Notes under the pieces: generated by a model
Told to the model about the DNA's origin: nothing
Database searches by the model: none
What the model saw: the letters and a program-made list of their open reading frames with translations, nothing else
From: Thecamonas trahens ATCC 50062
Taxonomy: Eukaryota; Protista; Apusomonadida
NCBI RefSeq assembly: GCF_000142905.1
Contig: NW_013657603.1
Coordinates: 1-51,248, forward strand
DNA length: 51,248 bases
Reading direction: 5' to 3'
Translations under genes and position numbers: made by a program
In this document: positions 9,809 to 19,108 of the stretch, in pieces
Layout of the letters: every line of letters begins with the position of its first letter
Position numbering within the stretch: position 1 is the stretch's first letter

Positions 9809-10864
9809 TCACATGTCGAGCGCGCGAAAGGCGCAGTGTGCGCCGAGAGTAAACGCAGCCAGCATCGAAGCAACAGCCGCCGATGCCGCAGCGGCAAAGT
9901 GGGCGGCCTTGGCGGCGAGCGGTGCCCGGACCATGGTCGCGCCGCCAGCGCCTGCAGCAAGGAGCGCTGCGGCTATGGCGGTGATGCGGATCGATGCCCA
10001 CGACCAGACGGTTGCAGCGGATACGGCGAGCGGCCGCGGGGCAATACGTCGCGGAAAGTGAAAGCAGGGCGCATGTGGCGGAAGGCCGAGGAGGGCGGCG
10101 GCTTGCGGTGGGAGGGCGGCGACGACCGAGGCCGAGAGCGTTCTGGCGAGCGGCTCCATGGGCGCGTAGTAGTAGGGGACGAGCTGGACGAGGAGGGCCC
10201 AGCGCGGAGCAGACGAGGTATTGATGCCGGTAGCATGCCAGTCCTGGCCAGAGTAGACGAGGACGTCGCCGGGCGAGCCGACCATGTCCTCGGCGCCGGA
10301 GGCAAAGAAGGCGGCGTCGTTGTCGTGGAGCGCCCCGCTGGGTGCCCGCCTTGGAGCCCGCCGCAGGTCAGACGAGCCAGGAACAAGCCTTGTGGCTCCG
10401 GTCGAGGGCTTGAACTCGGTGAGCATGACAAGCATCTGGACGGTGAGCGCGGCCGAAGGGTGGATGGTGGCGCGCGGCTCGGCGGCGATGTTGTTGTTGT
10501 TGTTGTCATCGTCGACGGCGTCGGCTACATCGTCAAGCCAAAACGGATAGTCAATGTGGACGGCATAGTCGGCGTAGTCTGCAGCAGCCCCGGGCGGGAG
10601 GCTGGCAAGATCGACAGGGAGTGCGGCGTGGGCGTGGAAGGAGCCGATGCGAAAGGCAGAGCCGAGGAGGGTGGCGATGCCGTCGAGGGGGAGGGCGGCG
10701 AGAATAGCGCCAAAGGTGACGGGATCAAGGTCGAGGACGTCGAGGACGCGCTTGGTGAACGGCAACTGCTCGTAGGGCGTGGTGGCGAGGGTTGGTGTAA
10801 GGGCGGCAAGGGCATCGGCGACGAGATCGGGTGGGATGGCGGCGGCGACGATGTGTGCGTTCAT
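9809..10864 (-). CDS. PhyH-like Fe(II)/2-oxoglutarate dioxygenase with hydrophobic C-terminal segments
   Basis: HID (HxD), GATRLVPGS, GDVLVYSGQDWHATG (distal His), PRWALL (2OG-binding Arg). Confidence 0.85.
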   Translation of the reverse strand: MNAHIVAAAIPPDLVADALAALTPTLATTPYEQLPFTKRVLDVLDLDPVTFGAILAALPLDGIATLLGSAFRIGSFHAHAALPVDLASLPPGAAADYADYAVHIDYPFWLDDVADAVDDDNNNNNIAAEPRATIHPSAALTVQMLVMLTEFKPSTGATRLVPGSSDLRRAPRRAPSGALHDNDAAFFASGAEDMVGSPGDVLVYSGQDWHATGINTSSAPRWALLVQLVPYYYAPMEPLARTLSASVVAALPPQAAALLGLPPHAPCFHFPRRIAPRPLAVSAATVWSWASIRITAIAAALLAAGAGGATMVRAPLAAKAAHFAAAASAAVASMLAAFTLGAHCAFRALDM

Positions 10865-10909
10865 GGCTGGCGACAAGTGTGGCGGGCTACGGCGATTGGG
10901 CTGCGAGAG

Positions 10910-12150
10910 CTAGGCTTGGGTAGACGCGTCGTCGAGGACGCTGAGGAGAGTGTCGATAAAGGCAGCAAAGTCGGGGTCGTTGCGTGCAGTGGCGTTGAGA
11001 GCGGCTTCGCGGTCGGGTGCCGAGTCAATGGAGCGGATCAGTTCCTGCAGCCTGGGATCGGAGACCTGAGAGGTGAGCGCGTCCGAGGCGATGACGGCCG
11101 ACCAGAGCTCGGGCGTTAGCTTGGGCAGGCTCTCCTCCTCCTCGTCTTCGCCATCGGCGGGTTGAGCGGGTTGTTTCCGGAGCCCTCCTTGCGGATCATC
11201 TGACGGCGGCGGAGGGGGCGCGCAGGGCGTCGCCTTGTGGGTCTTGAAACAGGCAACCGAGCAGCTGTGGTCGGTGTGAGGCCGAGCCCAGCATATGGAC
11301 GATACCCATACCGATGCAGGTGGTGCCGATGATGCGCCATCACGTGTCCCAGCATACCGTCCATACCCCGACCCATACCGATGCAGGTGGTGCCGGTGAT
11401 GCGCCATCACGTGTCCCAGCATACCGTCCATACCCCGACCCATACCGATGCAGGTGGTGCCGATGATGCGCCATCACGTGTCCCAGCATACCGTCCATAC
11501 CCCGACCCATACCGATGCAGGTGGTGCCGATGATGCGCCATCACGTGTCCCAGCATACCGTCCATACCCCGACCCATACCGATGCAGGAGGTGGTGCCGA
11601 TGATGCGCCATCACGTGTCCCAGCATACGGTCCACCGTGCCAATGATGCGTCACGACGTGAGTGCCCCCCCACCCCCCCCCCCCCCCCGTATATTTAATT
11701 TGTTCGTGTTCATCCGAGGAAAGGCGAAGGGGGCAACGGNNNNNNNNNNNNNNNNNNNNNNNNNNNNNNNNNNNNNNNNNNNNNNNNNNNNNNNNNNNNN
11801 NNNNNNNNNNNNNNNNNNNNNNNNNNNNNNNNNNNNNNNNNNNNNNNNNNNNNNNNNNNNNNNNNNNNNNNNNNNNNNNNNNNNNNNNNNNNNNNNNNNN
11901 NNNNNNNNNNNNNNNNNNNNNCCACACACACACACACCGTCTGCCCCCTCTTCTCCCCCCTTCCCACGTACTACTTGGTGGTGGTGCACCTGGGACAGGT
12001 ATACACTGCCTCCCGCGCCTCGCACACCATGCATTGCTGTCCATCCATATCAGAATCGTCAAGTGTATCGTGTATGAGCAGCTGTGGCTGTGGCTGAGGA
12101 GGTGGACGAGGTTGAGGGAGGGAGGGTGGTGCACGGCTGACTGCATCCAT
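10910..12150 (-). CDS. ZNHIT3: Zinc-finger HIT protein 3 (Hit1, box C/D snoRNP assembly); intron 11265-11971; start at 12150 or 12048
   Basis: Splicing TA|GTACGT...CCACAG|C rebuilds CMVC...YTCPRCTTTKYCSVACFKTHKATPC (zf-HIT). The C-terminal part (SDALTSQVSDPRLQELIRSID...PDFAAFIDTLL) matches the Hit1 C-domain. Confidence 0.88.
11288..11660. repeat. Intronic minisatellite, 67-bp unit, ~5 copies
   Basis: ACCCATACCGATGCAGG... recurs at 11304, 11371, 11438, 11505, 11572. Confidence 0.97.
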
Positions 12151-12605
12151 CCCCACGTGATCGGGGGGACGAGAGAGCTGGACATGTCGGAGGAAGGCGA
12201 GTCAGACACATATCATCAGGGAGGACGATATGTAGAAGGCAGCAATGAGTGTGGTGGGGTTGATTGTGATGATGAGGATGTCGTCCTTGTCACCATGGCG
12301 GGCCGAGACCATCCGAATCCCCATCCAATGTACATGCCGTAGAAAGACAAGATCAAACGAATCACGTTGGAGGACACAACACATAGGGCGGCGACAATGA
12401 GAGCGAGCGTGAGAGTGATGGGCCTGGATGTGATGAGGATACTACCCTGCTCGCCATGGCGGGCAGAATCCCGTATCCCTCTCGAACAACCAATGGTCTT
12501 CGTTTGCCACCGTCACGAAGACAGACAGAGTCACCACCACCTGACCCCCCTCTCCCCCCCCCCTCCCTCCCCCCCCCCACACACATACATCCATACATAC
12601 ACGCC

Positions 12606-13976
12606 ATGGCCGACGGCAACGAGTCGGTGTTCAACGACGGAGAGACGCTCCCGGGCTACAGCGCATGCCCGGACCCTGCTGCCTCGGACGAACCCCCACC
12701 GCCGTACTCCCCAGAGACCACCACGTCTGCCACCACCACCGTCGCTGGTGATGCTCCTGCTGGTGATGCTGATGATGATGACGATGCTGCTGCTGCTGGC
12801 GGTGGTGGTGGCTGGCTGGCAAAGTTGCATGGCGGAGTGACAGCCGCAGCATCCACGGTGGCATCGACAGCAAAGCGGACGGTGGCGTCGTTGGGCATGG
12901 CCATGGACATGACTTTTTCGGCGACTTCCTTCCCGGCGGCCTTTGATGTCAACCCGGCGGAGGAGCCTCTGCTGGGCGGCTTTACCACCAACCTGCTCTC
13001 GGGTGACTCGGTCATCACGGGACAGTACTACATCTCGCCCTCGTTCCTCTGCATCTACACCCACGCCAACAAAAAGGTGGTCAAGATCAAGATCCGCCTC
13101 GCCGACATTGATCGCTACGAGCCGGTAGTCTGTGTCAACGTCGGCGAGATCCTCAAGCCGGGCATCTCGCCGGTCCTTGTGCCCGAGGGCTCCATCGAAC
13201 CGGTCGACGTCTCAGCCATGCGTCCCAACGCCGTCAACCTCTACACCGCCGGCGCCGTCCACACCTTTATCGCCGGTAAGGGCCCGTACCTCATCGGTCT
13301 CTCGCTGCTGTATGTGGCGTGGTCGCGCGCGGCGGCGGCAGCAGCAGCCGCCTTGCCCTGGGCCCCGCGCGTCCAGCTCAGGCTCGCCACCGAGTACTCA
13401 CTCCCGGCCTCGGAGTTTATTCTCCGCTCACTCAAGGGCGCCGTGGTCTCGGGCGAGCACACCTTTCCGGTCCTTATCCAGGTCTGGACCTCGTACATCA
13501 CCTTTACCGTCCACGACGCCAAGGTTGTCGTCCCGCTGCGTGACATCACCCGCGTCGCGCCGTCGCGCTCGTTGAAGAACCCCAACCCCGAGGCCAAGGG
13601 CCTGGTCCTGCTGGAGGTCCCGCTCGCGTCACCGCCGCCGCAAGCTGCCGCCGCGCCACCGCCTCGTGCAGCTGCTGCCGCGCCGCCGCCGGTTGCCAAG
13701 AAAAAGTCGCGCTTTGGCGGCTTTGCCAAGTCGCTCAAGACAAAGGCTGCCGCCGTTGCCGCTATGGCCCCGCTGCCGTCGTCCGGTCCAGCCGATCCCG
13801 AGGCCGCCACCGCCGCCGCTGCGGCCAAGCCGCCCAACGCGCTGCAGCTGTTTATGCGGTCAAACGTGAAGCACCAGCTGGTCAAGATCGACTTTACTCC
13901 CGTCTACAACGTCATCATGTTTGCCTGGCATGCGGCCAACCGCATCCCGGGTGCTGTCGAGTACGCCCAGCCGTGA
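12606..13976 (+). CDS. Tandem GRAM/PH-like domain protein with N-terminal PPxY motif
   Basis: F.V...EEPLLGGFTTNL...GQYYISPSFLCIY...KIKIRLADI, and a second copy YSLPASEFILRS...IQVWTSYITF...KVVVPLRDITRV. Confidence 0.7.
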   Translation: MADGNESVFNDGETLPGYSACPDPAASDEPPPPYSPETTTSATTTVAGDAPAGDADDDDDAAAAGGGGGWLAKLHGGVTAAASTVASTAKRTVASLGMAMDMTFSATSFPAAFDVNPAEEPLLGGFTTNLLSGDSVITGQYYISPSFLCIYTHANKKVVKIKIRLADIDRYEPVVCVNVGEILKPGISPVLVPEGSIEPVDVSAMRPNAVNLYTAGAVHTFIAGKGPYLIGLSLLYVAWSRAAAAAAAALPWAPRVQLRLATEYSLPASEFILRSLKGAVVSGEHTFPVLIQVWTSYITFTVHDAKVVVPLRDITRVAPSRSLKNPNPEAKGLVLLEVPLASPPPQAAAAPPPRAAAAAPPPVAKKKSRFGGFAKSLKTKAAAVAAMAPLPSSGPADPEAATAAAAAKPPNALQLFMRSNVKHQLVKIDFTPVYNVIMFAWHAANRIPGAVEYAQP

Positions 13977-13992
13977 CTTTGCTCCGGCCGCC

Positions 13993-16228
13993 CTACGCTC
14001 GTGGCATGACCTTGACCGGCAGCCCGCCAGCAATCGGGTGCAGGATGGTTGCCACGTACGTCACGTCGTCGACCTGCGGGTGGATGTCAAAGTCCTGGAA
14101 GACGGTCGCCGCAAGGAGCTTGGCCTCAAAGTACGCGAGGTTGAGCCCGAGGCAGAGCCGCTTGCCGGCGTTAAACGTGAGGAACTTGTAGTACGAGATC
14201 TTGCCCTCGTCCGCCCATCGGCCTGGCGAGAACCTGTCCGCGTCCGCGCCCCAGAGCAAGGTCGACCGACCAAACACATACGGCGAGTATCCCACCGTAA
14301 CGCCGGCGTGTGGGATGACCGTCCCATCGGGCCACACGTCCGGCCCGAGCGACTGCTTCGAGTCGACAGGCACCGACGGATGCAGTCGTAAAACCTCAGA
14401 GACTACAGCTTGGGCATAGTCCATGCCCTGCACTGTCTCGTAAAGCGCTTCCGGCGACGAGCCGTGCGCCAGAAGACCGCCGTCGGCACGCGGAGCGGCC
14501 GCATCGGCCTCGGCACGCAGCGCCGCAAGCACCTCGGGGTGGTTGGCCACCTCCCACGTGGTCCACGCCAGCGCGCACGCCGTCGTGTCGCGCCCGGCCA
14601 GAATAAAGTTGATGGTCACGTCGTAGAGTTCGTCCTCGGTCACGTCCTCGCCCGCCCGGAGCGCTGCATCGATGTAGAGCGAGAGCAGGTCGGCGCGCTG
14701 GCATGACTCGCCGCGATCACGCTCGGCGCGCATCTCCGCCACCCGCCGACTAATGATGGATGAGGTGAAGCTATGGATGGCCGGAAGGTAGGTGGTGACG
14801 TCGGCCTCGGTTCCGAGGTTGAGCCGCGACTTGATCCGCCACAGCGGGTCGTAGAACCGCTGGTTGAGCGCAGACTGGACCTTGTCAAAGGCTGCGCCAA
14901 ACGGCGCAGCTTGGGTGATCGAGTCCATCTCGACGCCAAACGCAATCTCCACAAAAGAGTCGAGCGTGTACGCAAAATAAGCGCCCTGGATGTCGATCGT
15001 CTTGCCCTCGGCCGCCGCCGCCGCTAGATGCTCGCGAAACACTTTCGCCTTGCCAGCCAGCACCCGGGTCATGTGGTCGCGCATCTGCCGGCGGGTGAAC
15101 ATATGAAGCGAAGTCTTGCGCTGGTGCTCCCACAGCTTGCCGTCGACGTTGAAGATGCCGCGGCCGAGGAGCGGGAACAGTGCCTCCTTGTTGCGCTTCG
15201 GCTTGCTGTAGTTCTCAAAGTTGTCCTTGAGCACATGCTTGACCACGGCCTCGTCGCACGGCATGAACACAATCTCCGGCGCGTTGAGCATCGACAGCGC
15301 CCACGCCTGGTAGCCCATCGCTTGCGAGACCTCGTTGATAAACTCGGGCCACCGATGAAAGTTGGCACGGATCGTCGTCGTGTTGCCCAAAATCGGTGTC
15401 CATCCCAGCGGATGTGGCACGTTCGGCAGCCACCGCGCCCGCATCGAGAGCACCCATCCAATGACAACAACAAGGGTGGCCACCCCCAGTGTGATGTATG
15501 GGTGCGCCACTGCGAGTTGGACCACAGCCGGCTGATGTAGCGTGTGAGGCGGTGAGCGATGGAGGGGGGGGAGGCGGAGGGGGAAAAAACATGTTGACAT
15601 GCCGCCATCACCCATCGCATGTCCTTGCAAGGTGTGACATGGGGGAGGGGGGGGGGACAGGTAGAGGAGCGATGTACCGTCAAGTTGCGCGAGTGGAGTG
15701 CAAAAGGGGGTGGGGAGTGGAGGCGGANNNNNNNNNNNNNNNNNNNNNNNNNNNNNNNNNNNNNNNNNNNNNNNNNNNNNNNNNNNNNNNNNNNNNNNNN
15801 NNNNNNNNNNNNNNNNNNNNNNNNNNNNNNNNNNNNNNNNNNNNNNNNNNNNNNNNNNNNNNNNNNNNNNNNNNNNNNNNNNNNNNNNNNNNNNNNNNNN
15901 NNNNNNNNNNNNNNNNNNNNNNNNNNNNNNNNNNNNNNNNNNNNNNNNNNNNNNNNNNNNNNNNNNNNNNNNNNNNNNNNNNNNNNNNNNNNNNNNNNNN
16001 NNNNNNNNNNNNNNNNNNNNNNNNNNNNNNNNNNNNNNNNNNNNNNNNNNNNNNNNNNNNNNNNNNNNNNNNNNNNNNNNNNNNNNNNNNNNNNNNNNNN
16101 NNNNNNNNNNNNNNNNNNNNNNNNNNNNNNNNNNNNTGGCGCACCACAGCCGGCTGATGTAGCGTGTGAGGCGGTGAGCGATGGAGGGGGGGGGTATGGT
16201 GGGGAGGGAGGGATGACCTGCGTACCAT
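13993..16228 (-). CDS. Cytochrome P450, clan-86-like (CYP704/86/94-type); first coding exon is only the ATG (16228-16226), main exon 15531-13993
   Basis: I-helix FILAGRDTTA, EVLRLHPSVP (ExxR), FSPGRW, heme motif FNAGKRLCLG, N-terminal anchor YITLGVATLVVVIGWVL. ATG|GTACGC donor and CATCAG|CCG acceptor. Confidence 0.93.
15728..16136. other. Assembly gap (N run), probably a false gap
   Basis: ~50 bp at 16143-16190 duplicates 15521-15570. Confidence 0.85.
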
Positions 16229-16523
16229 GGTGGGACTCTGAGGGTGTGAGACGCAAGGATAGAGTGGATGCTGCTGGAGCAGGAGTGGGGTAGTGGGATG
16301 GAGCGGTGCGTGACCGAGACGGTGGCCGGCTTGAGACTACTGCCCAGGCGCAGCGCAGGCAGCAATGCCCCGCTCGGCATGGGTGGAGGGGGGTGGGGGG
16401 TGGACGACTGCCCACCAAAAAAATTGGTGCCGGCGGGCGACAAGGTTGCGACACGGCGGGACCGGCGACCGGCTGGCGACGGGCGTCCGGGGCACACTCG
16501 ACTCGACGCGCCAAAAGGTTCGA

Positions 16524-17036
16524 ATGGCGTCGTTGGCGCCGGCGCCGACACATCTGCTCCGCGAGGCCGGAAAGACAAGCACAGGAGATAGGCGGAAGGA
16601 AAAGGCTGAGCGAAAGTACATGGCGACGCAGTTTGCGCTCCTCAAGGAGCGGTTTGGCGCCAAGGCCGAGCAGAGCCGCCGGCGCGGACGGAAGCTCAAG
16701 GCTGCCGTGGCCAAGAATAACGAGCTGGCGGCGCAGTTGGCGGCGGCGGTGGCTCGCATTGCGGTGCTAGAGGAGGAGGCAGCGCTCGCTGGGGGCACCG
16801 CCCATCCGCGGCTCGGCGATGAGGAGAACTGCGCAGCGATGATGACGGCTGGCTGCGATGACTGCGTTGATGGCGCCGCCGAGCTGAAGGCCCGGCTGGC
16901 CAAGGTCGAGGCGCAACTGGAAGAGGCCATCGTGGCCAAGACCAAGCTTGTCGAGTATAACCGCCGGCTGCGGACCCAACTTGCGCAGGCCGAGCTTGCC
17001 GCCGAGGCTGGAGCCGAGACCAGTGCCGAGGTGTGA
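16524..17036 (+). CDS. Small coiled-coil hypothetical protein
   Basis: 170-aa ORF with heptad-rich A/E/K/L segments and host-like codon usage. Confidence 0.7.
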   Translation: MASLAPAPTHLLREAGKTSTGDRRKEKAERKYMATQFALLKERFGAKAEQSRRRGRKLKAAVAKNNELAAQLAAAVARIAVLEEEAALAGGTAHPRLGDEENCAAMMTAGCDDCVDGAAELKARLAKVEAQLEEAIVAKTKLVEYNRRLRTQLAQAELAAEAGAETSAEV

Positions 17037-17123
17037 GCGGGCTCGGCCGGCGAGCTGCCGACGTATGCGGCGCTCGCGGGCTGGGCATTGTGTAAAATGC
17101 GTTTAGAAGGTGAAGGGTGCAGA

Positions 17124-18752
17124 TCAGAGGCCTTGCAGTGGCGAGTTCGGCTTGTTGACCATGTCCATGAACAAGTACATGTGGTCGGGGTGCGAGGTGG
17201 CGTAGGCGTGGAACGAGTCGTAGTCGAGATAGCCGACGTCGCGGGAGTCTGCGGCGGAGAAGATAGCGCGGACCTGCTCGGGCTCGACGTCGGGAAAACC
17301 GGTGGCCATGATCTTCTCAAACTCGGCAAGATCGATGGTGCCGTCGCGGTTGGTGTCGAGGATGTCAAAGGCGAAGCGGATGACGTCCTCCCGCGAGACG
17401 GCGTCCGAGATGAAGAGGATGCCGATGACAAACGAGCGAAAGTCGAGGTGGCCGGCGTGCTTGCGGTCGAGAACGTCAAAGAGGTGCTGGACGTGCTCGC
17501 CCGGCGGGAGGCCAAGGGCAGCGGCAAACTCGTCGACGGTGACCGAGCCCGACTTGTCGGTGTCGATGGCAATGAACTTGTGCAGGAGCTCGGCAGCCTG
17601 CTCAAACTTGATCTCGTGAAGGGTCTGCAGGGCGTCGAATTCAAGGAGGGCGGCGTCGGCGGGCAGCGCCGCGCGGCGGGCCTCGAGTAGGAGCTTGAGG
17701 TCCTCGTACGTGTGGTCCGAGACCGGGAGGTCGAGCTCCTGTGCGATGGCGGCGCGGACCTCGCGGGCCCAGCGATCCGGCGCGGCGCGCTCCTCAAAGT
17801 TCGGCTCCCACACCTCCATCCACGTCGCTTCCATGTGGTTGACAAACTGAGCAAGCGTCCGCCAAAGAATAGCCAGCGGCGACGGGCCGAGTGAGAGGGT
17901 GGCCACCGAAAAGTGGCGGTACGGGTAGGCGAGCGCGACCGGCTGGATCGGCTTGCCCGGCACAAACGCGCCCTTCTTGAACGTAATGAGCGCCGTCCGC
18001 GCGGTGCAGAGGCCCTCGGGAAAAATGAGCGTCTGGGGCCAAAGCCCTGGCCGGGCCGCGCGCTCGCCGATGTGCTCCAGCACCGCGTGCCGCGAGCCTG
18101 GGTCCGACCGGTTGACGTAGATGACCTGCGCCGCCGAGAGGAGCGTGCCCAGCACCGGCGTCGCGGCGTTGTCTGAGACCGAGACCACCGACGGCGAAAT
18201 CTTCCACAGCATGTACAGCCCCTCCATCATGCCGGTGTGCGAGGCGGCGACGACGATCGGCGCCTGCTCACGCGGCGCCGGGCGGCCGCGCTCAGTGATC
18301 CACACATAGCCAAAGCAAAAGAGCACAATACGAGCCAGGTACGGCAGCGGAGTCTGGAGAGCAACCCGCCAGCGTGGGAGCGGAACGGTGTGATCAGGAG
18401 CAGCCCAGCCGAGGAGCGAGATCTTTGCCGTGACGAACATGACCAAGAGGCAGAGACCAATGGCCAGGCTCCGAACAGGGACCAGCACAATCGAGTTGAC
18501 GCCGAGCTTGATCCACTCGTACCACGACGCACTCTGTAGCGGTGTAGTGTACACAAACGGGTTCGCCCGCTCATCGTTCCCGCCATCACCACCTCGACCG
18601 CCTCTTCCCCTCCGACTTTCGAACCGCGGCGAGGTCGACGGACTCCGCGAGTTTGGCGGCGAGAAGCCAGCCTGAATGGTCCGCGAGCGCGTTGTCGGCG
18701 TTCCAGGCAGGGATACCTCGACCATAGGCGGGAAGGGTGGTTCGTCTGCCAT
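17124..18752 (-). CDS. Lysophospholipid acyltransferase with EF-hands (LPCAT1/2 / LPEAT2-like)
   Basis: NPF, a TM helix, ASHTGMME (Hx4D/E), LIFPEGLCT, FKKGAFVPG, EF-hands DTDKSGSV and DTNRDGTIDLAEF. Confidence 0.93.
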   Translation of the reverse strand: MADEPPFPPMVEVSLPGTPTTRSRTIQAGFSPPNSRSPSTSPRFESRRGRGGRGGDGGNDERANPFVYTTPLQSASWYEWIKLGVNSIVLVPVRSLAIGLCLLVMFVTAKISLLGWAAPDHTVPLPRWRVALQTPLPYLARIVLFCFGYVWITERGRPAPREQAPIVVAASHTGMMEGLYMLWKISPSVVSVSDNAATPVLGTLLSAAQVIYVNRSDPGSRHAVLEHIGERAARPGLWPQTLIFPEGLCTARTALITFKKGAFVPGKPIQPVALAYPYRHFSVATLSLGPSPLAILWRTLAQFVNHMEATWMEVWEPNFEERAAPDRWAREVRAAIAQELDLPVSDHTYEDLKLLLEARRAALPADAALLEFDALQTLHEIKFEQAAELLHKFIAIDTDKSGSVTVDEFAAALGLPPGEHVQHLFDVLDRKHAGHLDFRSFVIGILFISDAVSREDVIRFAFDILDTNRDGTIDLAEFEKIMATGFPDVEPEQVRAIFSAADSRDVGYLDYDSFHAYATSHPDHMYLFMDMVNKPNSPLQGL

Positions 18753-19108
18753 CGTGTGTTTTCCGCGCGTCTCCTTCTGTGTGCGTGTGTGTGTGTGTGT
18801 GTGTGTAGAGTTGGGCGCGCTTGAGAGGAGTGGTGCTGCAGTTGGTCCGCTAGAGTCAGCTGTCAGGCGTGGCCGAGGGGGGGGGGGGTTGCGCACCCAA
18901 TTTGGCCTGCCATTATGGCCCTGGGGGGGGGGGGAATGGGACAGGGTTACTGTTGAAAGAGTGTCGTCGATGATGCTTGCGGCGTGTGATTGCGGTGCGT
19001 AATCGTGGTGAGTGGTCGTGGTGCGTGATCGTCGTACGTGATCGCAGTGCGGCAGCTGCGGCTGGCCCGCATCACTACAGCGTAGCTTGCCTGTCTTGAG
19101 CATTCTGT

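Noticed and set aside
9140-11119. 659-aa plus-strand ORF and many other long alternate-frame ORFs
   Set aside because: Shadow ORFs expected at high GC; they overlap well-supported genes and show no motifs
11288-11660. CRISPR-like array or coding ORFs (MGRGMDGMLGH...) in the 67-bp repeat
   Set aside because: Units are contiguous with no unique spacers, there are no cas genes, the context is eukaryotic, and the region is intronic once ZNHIT3 is spliced
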